A stretch of DNA of 64,000 nucleotides. It comes from a virus. Its lineage: Duplodnaviria; Caudoviricetes. Positions 29,054 to 38,521 of this stretch are shown piece by piece (positions within the stretch are counted from its first letter, which is position 1; each line of letters begins with the position of its first letter). The DNA is taken from positions 3,802 to 67,801 of the IMG/VR virus record IMGVR_UViG_2890625426_000001; one strand, written 5' to 3'. The notes below the pieces were generated by a model. The model saw only the letters and a list, made by a program, of their open reading frames with translations, was not told where the DNA came from and searched no databases. The translations under genes and the position numbers were made by a program.

Positions 29054-30966
29054 GGGCGGTAGTGGAAGAAGATCGAGGCGAAGTTCGCCGTGGTCGTGCC
29101 GTCTCCGCCGGAGCCCATGATGCGGATGAGCACGTCACCCTTGGCCGCGTCGGGCACCAGCGCCCAGTCGGCGTTGTTGCGGTAGCCCACGGAGTCGACG
29201 GTGAGGGTGGCCAGCTGCATCGAGGTCCAGCCCGTCGCCCCGGACAGGTCCGTGGTGTAGTCCACGCTGAGGCTGGCGCCGGCCGCTCCACCACCGAGGA
29301 CCTGGGCGGTCAGCTTGGCGAAGTTGGCCATGCGGGTGTCCATCTGCATGTAGAAAACCGACCCGAGGCTGCCGTTGCCGCCGAAGCGGGTGAAGGCCGA
29401 GGGGATGGCCCACGACTGGTTGGTGATGACCGGGACGCTACGGCCCTTGCCGGTGCGCTGGTCGGGGTAGCTGCGCACCTTGTCGGTGGGCGGGCCCTTC
29501 CAGAAGACCGTCTCGTCGCTGATGCGGACGATCTGGCTGTTGGTGCTGCTCAGGCCGCCAGTGAGGCCCCAGATGTGCCCGCCGGTGATGGACAGCTCGG
29601 TGGTGTAGGTGGCGAAGACCCCCCACCGGGGCTGCCAGACCTGGTTCTGCTGGTCGTCGTCCTCGACAGCCGTCATGACGCCCACCAGGTCGACCGCGCA
29701 CACCCGGTTGGAGGCGGTACCCCGCAGCGCGATGGCCGCGTACCCGCCGTCGCCCGCGCCGGTGTTCGGCCCGTCACGGCGGAAGTCACCGCCGACAATC
29801 GACACACGCGAGCGCGGCCCTGAAGCGGTGATGAGGACCCCGTCCTTGGCATTGCGGTCGGTGTAGCAATTGGTCAGGCTCACGCCGCCGTTGCCGCCAC
29901 CGATGATCCCACTGCCGGTGTTCCCACTGATGAGGAAGCCGTTCTCGTTGATGTTGTACGCCGCGATGCAGTTGGAGATGGGGAGCTGACCGGCGCCCTT
30001 GATGTAGAAGCCGCCGCCCTGGTTGGAGACGGCCAGGTTGTTGGTCAGGTAGGCGTCGGTGTAATTCTCCAGCCACCAGCCCCACTTGTCGTCCATGGCC
30101 GAGGTGCCGGCCGACCACGAGGAGCAGAAAGCGAAGCCGCCGCCACGGGGAAAGACCTGCCCCCGGCTGGACTGGTAGGGCAGCATCGCGACGTTGTGGC
30201 CCGAGGCCTGCAGGAAGGCCATCTGGTCGAACTTCCAGCCCTTGACCTCACCGAGCAGCGCCACCCCGTTGATGGGCGTGGCGCTCGTGCCGCTGCCGAT
30301 CTGCTTGGAGTTGCCGTCGATACTGAAGCTGCGGAAGAAGCAGTTGCCGGTCAGCACGTCGTCGTTCAGCTCACGGTCGACGCCGAGCAAGATGGCCTGA
30401 CCCTGGAAGCTGTTGAGCGGGCGGATCGAGCAGGGACCGGCGGTGCCGGTGTTGTACGTCCACCAGCCCGAGCCGGTGCCCATGATGCCCTGGCGCTCCT
30501 TGGTGGGCTGTACGGGGCGCGAGACACCCGCGATGCCGTCGTTGAGGGTGAGCAGGCCACCCTTGTCCAGCGCGTCGAAGGCCTCGTCGAAGCCGGGGGA
30601 GCAGTCCACGACTCCGTCCATGGCGTAGCCGAGGTCGTTGACCAGGTTGAGGGTGGACCAGTGCCGGCGCACCAGGTTCACCAGGAAGCCATTGGCGTCC
30701 TTATCGGCCTTGCCGTTGATGCGGGTGCTCAGCGCGGTGTCGGCCTGCGCTCGAGTCGTCGCCTCGGCGTCGATGCTGGCCTGCAGCTGCTCCTCGCCCA
30801 AGGTCGGTGGGGGAGTCTGCTGCATCGAGGCGACCACGTCGATCAGCTCGTTGACCGCGCTGCCGATCTGGGACACGTTGGTGTTGATGTCGTCACGGGA
30901 CTTGTCTCGGAGGCCGTCGCCGCCCTGGATGATCGTCAGCTGCGGCTTGTTGATCGTCGTCGCCAC
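29050..30966 (-). CDS. Beta-helix spike/depolymerase
   Basis: Probable GTG start 30966 at the portal stop; coiled-coil N-terminus; DLGYAMDGVVDCSPGF; rungs such as SIDGN, NGFLI, DGVLI. Confidence 0.8.
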   Translation of the reverse strand: MATTINKPQLTIIQGGDGLRDKSRDDINTNVSQIGSAVNELIDVVASMQQTPPPTLGEEQLQASIDAEATTRAQADTALSTRINGKADKDANGFLVNLVRRHWSTLNLVNDLGYAMDGVVDCSPGFDEAFDALDKGGLLTLNDGIAGVSRPVQPTKERQGIMGTGSGWWTYNTGTAGPCSIRPLNSFQGQAILLGVDRELNDDVLTGNCFFRSFSIDGNSKQIGSGTSATPINGVALLGEVKGWKFDQMAFLQASGHNVAMLPYQSSRGQVFPRGGGFAFCSSWSAGTSAMDDKWGWWLENYTDAYLTNNLAVSNQGGGFYIKGAGQLPISNCIAAYNINENGFLISGNTGSGIIGGGNGGVSLTNCYTDRNAKDGVLITASGPRSRVSIVGGDFRRDGPNTGAGDGGYAAIALRGTASNRVCAVDLVGVMTAVEDDDQQNQVWQPRWGVFATYTTELSITGGHIWGLTGGLSSTNSQIVRISDETVFWKGPPTDKVRSYPDQRTGKGRSVPVITNQSWAIPSAFTRFGGNGSLGSVFYMQMDTRMANFAKLTAQVLGGGAAGASLSVDYTTDLSGATGWTSMQLATLTVDSVGYRNNADWALVPDAAKGDVLIRIMGSGGDGTTTANFASIFFHYRP

Positions 30967-33083
30967 TACTGGCTGCTCTTCCGGTCGTAGCGACAGACGA
31001 TCGTGCCTCTGCAACGGCCCCGGCCCTTGCACTCTTTGTACCCGCCCGAGGGGTAGTCCTTCTCGGCAGCCGTCAGGCTGTCGTACTCCTTGCCGTCCCG
31101 AGCGGCGCACGCGGAGCAGGTGGCCGAGTCCAGCAGCTCGCTGGCGAAGACGGCGTCGGGCTCGTCCTGCTGGAAGGCGTAGAAGCGGGCGCTGTTCTGT
31201 GCTTGGGTCAGCGCGCCGCCCAGCTGCTCGCGTGGGTAGGCATCCGACAGCTCGTTGAGGTAGTCGGCCACCTCGGCGGCGATCTCGGCCGCGGCCAGGC
31301 CCCCGCCGGCACGGGCCAGAGCCTGCTGGCTGGCCGTGGTGCTGATGCTCTGGCTCATGACCGTGTCCAGCGCGTTGGCTCGGGACACGAGCGAGGTCAC
31401 CAGGGGAGTGATGTCCGGCCGCTCGATGATCACACCCTGTGCCGCGGCCTCGGCGATCGCCTGGTCCAGAGCTGCCTCGGCGACGGCCACCATGGCGTCG
31501 GTCAGCTGCACGGCGCCCGAGGCTGACGTGCGGATGGCGGCCAGCGCGGCGAGGTCGTTGGGGTCGATGCTGGCGATGACGGCCCGGAGGTCTTCGACCT
31601 GGGCGAACTTCACCTGAGTCAGCCAGTCGGCCAGCAGGCTGTCGACGGTGGTCGTGAAGGTCTTCTCCATGGCCTCGAAGTCGGTGCCTGCGGCGAGCTC
31701 CACATCCGAGGGGTCGCGATGGCCCACCGCCGGCGTCGGTGCCTCCGCAGCGCGCACCTCGATGCGCTCCCGGCGCCGTGGTCGTTCCTTGGCCTTGAGG
31801 TCGACCAGCTTGGGCGCGGCCAGGGGGTCCGGGTCGTCCGGGTCGACCTCGGGCATCTCCGGCAGCTGATAGCGGTCGCGCAGGAAGCCCTCGATCTCGT
31901 CGCCCGGGGTGATCAGCCCGGCCTGGGTCAGGGCGACCAGGTCGACGACCGAGGAGCTGTCGTCGTCGTCGCGGTCGTAGGCCAGCAGCGGGACCGGCCC
32001 GTCGGCGTTCGCGAAGTTGAGGTCGATGAGGTCCTCGACGACGTGCTCGTTGGTGATGTCGATGTACTCGTTGGCCAGGGCCTCCTGGGCCAGTAGGAAG
32101 AGGTCGGTGAAGGTCTCACCCAGCGCGCGTGAGCCGGTCTCGGTGGACCCAAGGTCCATGTACTGGCTCATGAACGACTTGGACATCTGCTGGTCGTGGT
32201 AGCGCAGCGTGTTGATCGCATCCGGGAGCGAGCCCTGCACACCCTGGAACGTCAGTGACGCTCCGTAGGGGAGTGCACCGCCAGCGGAGTCGCCAGCCCG
32301 GTAGGACTGGGCCAGCGCCGCGAGCATCTGCATCTCTTGCTGCGTGGCGTTCTCACCAGCGGTCGCGATGGGCACACCGGCGCCGTTGCGCTCGATGTTG
32401 ATCGCGTTGACCCGGATGACCCGGTCCTTGATGATCCAGTCCTTGTAGCACTTGCGCAGCACCGAGCGTCCCCGCCAGTTGCTGGCTTCCTGCTCGTGGA
32501 TGTAGGCCACCAGCTTGTCGACCGGGATGTAGGGCCCCTGGGCTGAGGAGATGATGCCGCCGCGGTGGTTTTGGTCGGGCCACTGGCGGATGCCCTTGAG
32601 GCCGCCGTCGCGCGCCACGTCGATCTCCGAGATGGTCAGCGGCATGCGAGGAGCCAGCTTGCGCAGCAGCAGCCGACCGGTCGCGGCGTCGTCGTTCTCG
32701 TAGCGGTAGACCTGCTCGAAGAACATGAAGCCGTAGATCAGGCTGAGCAGGGCGTTGGCCAAGTGCTTGTCGTGGCTGAAGCGGTCCCGGGTGCGTCCCT
32801 TGGGCTGCTCCGCGTCCTGCACGGGCAGGTTGAAGGCCGTGGCGACCAGGTCTACCCACTCGTCCGGTGCCCCGTTGGGGTCGATGTACCAGTGGTAGCG
32901 CCGGATGGGCAGGGTCTGGGCGAGCAGGAGGCCGGCGATCTGCGCGTCGTTGCGCATGGCGTTGTACACGGCGATGTCCGCTGGCGGGAGCAGCTCGGGG
33001 ACCGTCTCCAGGGTGTCCCCGAAGAACGACCAGGGCATCGAGCTGAGGTTGCCGTGTCCGACTTCGGTTGTTGGCTTGGGCAC
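30966..33083 (-). CDS. Portal protein (DUF935/Mu gp29-like) fused to a MuF-like minor head domain
   Basis: YNAMRNDAQI, YGFMFFEQV, GRSVLR, GSRALG portal motifs; C-terminal SELLDSATCSACAARDG...CKGRGRCRG. Confidence 0.88.
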   Translation of the reverse strand: MPKPTTEVGHGNLSSMPWSFFGDTLETVPELLPPADIAVYNAMRNDAQIAGLLLAQTLPIRRYHWYIDPNGAPDEWVDLVATAFNLPVQDAEQPKGRTRDRFSHDKHLANALLSLIYGFMFFEQVYRYENDDAATGRLLLRKLAPRMPLTISEIDVARDGGLKGIRQWPDQNHRGGIISSAQGPYIPVDKLVAYIHEQEASNWRGRSVLRKCYKDWIIKDRVIRVNAINIERNGAGVPIATAGENATQQEMQMLAALAQSYRAGDSAGGALPYGASLTFQGVQGSLPDAINTLRYHDQQMSKSFMSQYMDLGSTETGSRALGETFTDLFLLAQEALANEYIDITNEHVVEDLIDLNFANADGPVPLLAYDRDDDDSSSVVDLVALTQAGLITPGDEIEGFLRDRYQLPEMPEVDPDDPDPLAAPKLVDLKAKERPRRRERIEVRAAEAPTPAVGHRDPSDVELAAGTDFEAMEKTFTTTVDSLLADWLTQVKFAQVEDLRAVIASIDPNDLAALAAIRTSASGAVQLTDAMVAVAEAALDQAIAEAAAQGVIIERPDITPLVTSLVSRANALDTVMSQSISTTASQQALARAGGGLAAAEIAAEVADYLNELSDAYPREQLGGALTQAQNSARFYAFQQDEPDAVFASELLDSATCSACAARDGKEYDSLTAAEKDYPSGGYKECKGRGRCRGTIVCRYDRKSSQ

Positions 33084-33228
33084 GGCGGTTCCTTGATCAG
33101 CTTGCGACCAAGATCAGATTAGCTGGCCAGGTGCTCAGAGCGTGGGCATGGGACCGCTTCGACTGGACGAGTGGCTCGTGAACAGGGACCATGAACCACG
33201 GCACGTAGACACGACTGAGGAGGCGAAG

Positions 33229-33717
33229 ATGTTTCGTCGCAAGGTCAGGGCTCTACTCGCAGGTGCAGCTATCGTTCCGCTCGCGTTGATCGGCTCAGCC
33301 ACGTCAGCAAGCGCCGACGCCAGCGGCGGCAATTGTATATTCGCCAATCTTGGCAGCGGCGGCCAACCTCCGAAGATGTGTCTGCAGTTCAGCATCACGG
33401 GTGACGGCCTCAAGGTTGAGTTCGGCAAGATGAACGGCAACCCCTTCACCGGCTACAACCACACTGAGGCCAACCTCACAGTCGCGGGGACGATCTGCCA
33501 ACCGCGCATCGACTTGGTCTACATGGATCGCGCTGGCAACCCCTACTACAGGCACAACGGGCAAGAGGCGGGAGGGTGCTACATCGCCAGCCGCGAGTAC
33601 TGGGGCAGCTTCGACAGTCCCACGGCTTTCAATGCCCAGCCTGGCTGGGTCTGCGCTGACGTGATGAGCGCCGGGAAGTTCACCGGCCTCAGCGCCTGCC
33701 ACAACCTTCACGACTGA
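33229..33717 (+). CDS. Secreted cysteine-rich protein (moron)
   Basis: GAGGAG RBS; signal peptide MFRRKVRALLAGAAIVPLALIGSATSASA; six Cys in the mature part. Confidence 0.8.
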   Translation: MFRRKVRALLAGAAIVPLALIGSATSASADASGGNCIFANLGSGGQPPKMCLQFSITGDGLKVEFGKMNGNPFTGYNHTEANLTVAGTICQPRIDLVYMDRAGNPYYRHNGQEAGGCYIASREYWGSFDSPTAFNAQPGWVCADVMSAGKFTGLSACHNLHD

Positions 33718-33720
33718 GGG

Positions 33721-35286
33721 TCACCACTTACGATCGAGCAGGTCGCCCATGATCGTCTTGCGCTTGTGAGTTTCGACGTTCACGGTCTGACCGAAGCCCG
33801 CGGTGATCATGTTCCGGCCGTGGACCAGGGCGTCCAGGCGGTCAGGTGAGGGGCCGATGATGTCGGCCGTCGTGGTTTTGATCTGCTGCTCCAGCTGCGG
33901 GAAGTGACCGACGAAGCGGATGGTCTTCTGTCGGATGGCTTCCTGCAGCGACATGGCACGGTCGAACTTCGCCTTGCTGACCGTCCTGGACTTGCCTGCG
34001 TGTACCTCTCGGATAACCACGTCGGTGACCCCTGCGCGGTCCAGGGCGTGCTGCAGGGCCGACCGGATGGCGTCGTAGCCCTGGTTGTTCTCGTACCCGA
34101 TGACGCTGGCGCTGAAGGTGACAGCCGCCGCGACAGCCCGGTCTGCCCAGTCGTCGATCGGCAACCGGCAGGAGAGGTCGGCCAGCTGGTAGACCAGCCC
34201 ATCCGTGCCCAGGCGGAGCACCTGCATGCCGGTCTCGTCTGAGCTGGGGCTGTTGGACACCGCGGGGTCGATCATGACCAGCGAGCGCACGGTGCTGAAC
34301 TGCAGGTCCGGTCCCTCGGACACCCGGATGGCATCGAGCTCGTCGGCGGTGGCGATGGCACCCTCCACCGTGTTGACCTCGTGCTGCACCTCCGTCATGA
34401 AAGCCCGGGGGCCGATGTCGTTCAGCAGCGCCTCGTACGTCTCGATGCTGCCGCCGTCCCAGGTGGGGTCGCCGCTGGTGATGCGGTAGGTGCCGTCGGT
34501 GCGCATGTCGAAGGCGAAGTCGCGCAGGCCCGGGATGGGACCGATGACCGTGCGCCGGCGGAGGAAGTCGGCGCGCCCGTCGGCCAGGCGAGCGAAGATG
34601 CTGTCGGCGTGGATGAGGTTCTGCACCGCCAGGACCGCCACGTTGGTCGACCCGGCCGGGATGATGCCCTTGGTGATGATGTCGATCTTCTTGGCCGTCG
34701 TGCGGGGCGTGTCGGAGGCCTCGTCGATGTCGTCCAGCACGATGAGGTCAGGGCGCTGGTCCTCCACACGGATACCGCGGGCGGCGGTGTCCAGGCCGAG
34801 AGCGTCGACGGTGAAGCCCGTGGAGGTGCGCAGGCGGTTGCGGCGCCAGCCCTTGGCGTTGCCGAACTTGCCGACCAGGCGCTCACCCATCTCGGGGTAG
34901 TGCTCTTCGACGGTGCTGGACTCGAGCATCGCGCCGATGGTGGCGACGTGCTTGTCGGCCTGGTCCTGCGTCTCACACACGTACACGACGTACCGGCGGG
35001 TCTGCCGGACACCCAGGGCCACCACGCCGAGTTCGGCGGTCGTGGACTTGGCAGCACCACGGGCGAGGATGGCAACCATGGACGCTGGCCGGTCGTCGAT
35101 GCCGATGGCCCACAGCCAGCGCCAGATGGTGTGGTGGTGCTCGGCCAGGTCGTACTTGGCGTACCCCGCGAACATGGTGGCCAGCCAGGTCTCGTAGTCC
35201 TGCTCGATGGCCTGGCGTTCCTCGGTCAGCTCGGGCGAGAGGATGTCAGCAGCCACCCGCCAGATAGAGCGAGGGACGACGCTCAA
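33721..35286 (-). CDS. terL: Terminase large subunit
   Basis: Walker A RGAAKST, Walker B LIVLDD, nuclease motifs MIDPA and PDRLDAL; probable TTG start 35286. Confidence 0.9.
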   Translation of the reverse strand: MSVVPRSIWRVAADILSPELTEERQAIEQDYETWLATMFAGYAKYDLAEHHHTIWRWLWAIGIDDRPASMVAILARGAAKSTTAELGVVALGVRQTRRYVVYVCETQDQADKHVATIGAMLESSTVEEHYPEMGERLVGKFGNAKGWRRNRLRTSTGFTVDALGLDTAARGIRVEDQRPDLIVLDDIDEASDTPRTTAKKIDIITKGIIPAGSTNVAVLAVQNLIHADSIFARLADGRADFLRRRTVIGPIPGLRDFAFDMRTDGTYRITSGDPTWDGGSIETYEALLNDIGPRAFMTEVQHEVNTVEGAIATADELDAIRVSEGPDLQFSTVRSLVMIDPAVSNSPSSDETGMQVLRLGTDGLVYQLADLSCRLPIDDWADRAVAAAVTFSASVIGYENNQGYDAIRSALQHALDRAGVTDVVIREVHAGKSRTVSKAKFDRAMSLQEAIRQKTIRFVGHFPQLEQQIKTTTADIIGPSPDRLDALVHGRNMITAGFGQTVNVETHKRKTIMGDLLDRKW

Positions 35287-37169
35287 GGCTTGTCGGCCAC
35301 CCGCGGGATCGGCATGGAGACCCACTCGCCGTTGCGCTCCGTCCGAGCTGCCGTGACGACGTTGCTGCTCACCTTGTAGGTGCCCCGGGTGACGGCCACG
35401 GTGCCCTTGGTCAGCAGCCGGACGGTGGTCCATGCGAGCCAGCCGGCACCGACCAGGAGGCCGAGCGGCCAGCACAGCACCAGGACGATGAGGAAGAGCA
35501 GGAACTTGATCATGACTTGCCCAGCTTGACAGCCAGCGCCTCGGTGAAGTCGGACCATCGCTCGCCATCGATCAGCGCTTGCTCCAGGTCCGCCATCCAC
35601 GAGAACGCGTTGTCCACATCCTTCTGCAGCTGGACGATGTCATCGGCGTCGATCTCGGCCCGCTGCATCAGCTTGTCGATCACCCGGTAAGCACAGGCGG
35701 TGCGCTCGTGCTGCTGGGCAATCTCGTGATCCTTGCGGCCCAGCTCGCGGCGCAGCTGTGAGTTGCCCACACATGCGATGACGATGGCGACGACAGACAA
35801 GGCTGCGGCGAGGAAAGCAGTCAGTAGTGCAGCGGCCATCAGTCCTCCTCCGCCAGCTCTTGGGCCCGCTCGGCGACGGCCAGCTCTTCCTGCGCGACGG
35901 TCAGGTCGATGAACGGGTGGGGTTCGTTCGTGGCATCGAGCGTCTCCTGCGTCTTGGCCACGCGGCTCGCGAAGTCCTCGCGGTAGCGCTCCAGTACCTC
36001 AGCGATCGTCTTGCTGTCGAAGGCAGCTTGCTTGTTGGCCTGGGCGACCAGTGCCGCCGCCCGCTCTTCGAGGTTGGGTACGTCGATCATGAGTCCCACC
36101 GCCCGAAGGACTCACCGTGGTGGCACTCGCCCTTGCAGGGGTGCGTGAGCATGAGCTTCATGAAGGATCCTTGCTGGTCTCTGCTGATCTCGGGCTTGCT
36201 GAAGTGGATGAAGGTGCAGTCGCTCACCGTCAGCTGCGCCAACGGATTCGTCGGACGGATGTAGAGCATCAGGTAGCCGGCGGCATCCGAGTGGACCTCG
36301 AGCCGTACGTCGTGCATCTCGGGCACGCGGTCGACGGCTGCCTCCCCCCGCCACCTCATCGCGGCACTCCGAGGATGGTCATGGTCTCGTCCTGGCTCGT
36401 CGTGCTCTGGAACTGCCCGCCCCACTTCCTCGGGGCGTTGACGTACTGGGCCAGTGCCTCGTCGGTGTACTGCACATCGACCGTGCCGACCTGCTTGCCA
36501 TCGAGCTTGGCTGGCACCTCCTCGGTGAAGCATCCGAACAGCGCCATCTGCGCGTCCTTGAACCCTCGTCGGTACTCAGCCGGGTCGGCGTAGCCGTTGC
36601 CCTGCTTGCGGTAGGTGGCCTGACGGGTGGCGCCCGCTCGGTAGCCGTACTGGTAGCTGGTGGCTTTGGTCATCGCTGGCCCACCCAACGCTTGAACCGG
36701 CTCCACAGCCGGGTGTCCTCGGTGAACGCCACGCAGTGGCAGTCCTCGCCGTGGCAGCGGTAGTCGTTGAAGGTCGGGCGCTCCGGCTTTGAGTAGAGAC
36801 TGCCTGAGGTGATCCGTACCGCATAATGCGCGGCGCGAACGTGTCCGCATCGGCACGGGTCGTTACGGACCGACCATGGAGACACAACCCATGCTGTACC
36901 GACTCGTGCCTGGTGGGAGTGCTGAGAAGGACGCGGGTGCTCATGCGGAGGTGTCTCCGCCCACGTTGGAGCCAAGGGTCTCTCACTCATCGCGGCACCT
37001 CCGCCCACTTGGTGCCGCAGTGGCCGCACCACACCGTGGTCGTGGTGTGCTCGCCGGCGCCGTTGACGACCGAGAACGACTCGATCTGGTGGCCGTTCTG
37101 GCGGCAGTCGTCCAGGTGGACCCGGTCTACCTCCTCGGGTGTGGGGCGCTCCCTAAGAGGCATCGCCAT
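35283..37169 (-). other. Run of about 7 small translationally coupled phage hypothetical genes (two with TM helices, some with CxC/CxxC)
   Basis: ORFs 35283-35513, 35510-35839, 35839-~36091, 36087-~36359, 36356-~36673, 36670-~36990 and 36987-37169, with overlapping stops and starts. Confidence 0.65.
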
Positions 37170-37389
37170 CGACCACCTTCGGGTACAGGTGCTCCAGGGA
37201 GCCGGGCTGGACGCGTGCCTTGTCGACGAACGCGTCCACCTCGTCCTGCTTGAGCCGGATGACCCGGCCGAACTTGTAGGCGGGCACCTGGCCCTCGTCG
37301 ATGAGGCGGTAGAGCGTCCGCATGCCGATGCCCAGCTGCTCGGCGGCCTTTTTGGTGCTCGTCCACTGCGTTGTGGTGTCTTTCGTCAT
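37153..37389 (-). CDS. Excisionase-like HTH DNA-binding protein
   Basis: STKKAAEQLGIGMRTLYRLIDEGQVPAYKFGRVIRL. Confidence 0.88.
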   Translation of the reverse strand: MTKDTTTQWTSTKKAAEQLGIGMRTLYRLIDEGQVPAYKFGRVIRLKQDEVDAFVDKARVQPGSLEHLYPKVVDGDAS

Positions 37390-37469
37390 CGATCACGAAC
37401 ATAGTCGCCTTTCGCCGCGCTGTGTGCGAACGACGACGAAATGAGTCGAACGACCCATGCGCCAAGCGG

Positions 37470-38168
37470 GTGACGTGGCTGAAGCTGACGTACGACAGAG
37501 CCGATCATGTGCTCGTGAAGTACCTAGGCAAGCTCCAACTCGTCGACTGGTCAGTCGGCAGAAAGTCACTTCCCTACGGCGTGCAACACCTAGATGTCGC
37601 CGCATACTTTCTCGACGAGTTCGATGGGCACATGTATTACGCATTCACGCGAGGCAACGCTATTGGGTTGCGGCCAGGTGATAGCGACCAGGCCCGCACT
37701 CTTTACGACATCACGCAGATCATGAGTGCAGGATTGCCCTTTTCGGTTTACCGGCCATGTGATGCGATGCGTGATGGCTCCCTAATGCACGCTGGCGGAG
37801 AACTATGGGATGTTCCGGAGCGTGAGACTCTGTACCGCGAACATGGCAAGGACGCGCCCTACGTCATTGCGGCCGAGGCGCAACGCCTGAGGCAAGCGCG
37901 AGTGCGACGCGCAGCTAGGGCCAAGAAGAGCCTTCTGGTAGGCGGCCCCGAACATGAGTCTCCTGAATTCGCCCGCCGTGCCATCCCTAAGGACGTGAAG
38001 ATGTACGTCTGGCAGCGCGATGGCGGGGTGTGCCAGGAGTGCGGCTCCAACCGCGACCTGGAGTACGACCACATCATCCCGGTGTCCATGGGTGGCTCCA
38101 ACACCGAGCGCAACCTGCAGCTGCTCTGCGAGCCTTGCAACCGAAGTAAGGGCGCACAGCTCGCCTGA
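37470..38168 (+). CDS. HNH endonuclease with uncharacterised N-terminal domain (counter-oriented)
   Basis: RRAIP...VWQRDGGVCQECG...LEYDHIIPVSMGGSN...NLQLLCEPCN; start uncertain. Confidence 0.85.
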   Translation: MTWLKLTYDRADHVLVKYLGKLQLVDWSVGRKSLPYGVQHLDVAAYFLDEFDGHMYYAFTRGNAIGLRPGDSDQARTLYDITQIMSAGLPFSVYRPCDAMRDGSLMHAGGELWDVPERETLYREHGKDAPYVIAAEAQRLRQARVRRAARAKKSLLVGGPEHESPEFARRAIPKDVKMYVWQRDGGVCQECGSNRDLEYDHIIPVSMGGSNTERNLQLLCEPCNRSKGAQLA

Positions 38169-38253
38169 GCTATCCGAGTGATCGACGCTCTAGGCGGGTG
38201 CTCCGCTGCCCGACTACCTGTAGGTCCACGACGAATCGCGCAGGAGGTGCCGC

Positions 38254-38518
38254 CATGGCTCAGTGCCCGGGAAGCTACGAGCAGACCACGATCTACGACC
38301 TGTACCCGAACAACTACGGCGGCAACATTCAGGGCAACTGGGCCTGCCCTGCCTGCAACAAGACGGTGGGTGGCGACGCGGTCGTTGCCGACCCAGGCCG
38401 CATCCCCTTCCACACGGACGGTGCTGGCGAGTGGGTCGGCAAGCTGCTGTTCTTCCTGATCGGCACGGCGCTGATCATTGGCGCCATCTATGCATTCGCC
38501 GTCCAGGACATGAGCTGA
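38254..38518 (+). CDS. Small Zn-ribbon membrane-anchored protein
   Basis: AGGAGG RBS; MAQCPGS...CPAC...PFH; C-terminal TM helix. Confidence 0.7.
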
Positions 38519-38521
38519 GTC

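Noticed and set aside
1-31000. Diversity-generating retroelement acting on the fibre genes
   Set aside because: No reverse transcriptase and no near-identical TR/VR pair seen; the GH8 duplicates share only short motifs.
35283-35839. Holin/spanin lysis cassette
   Set aside because: Small membrane proteins are present but there is no adjacent endolysin; function cannot be supported.
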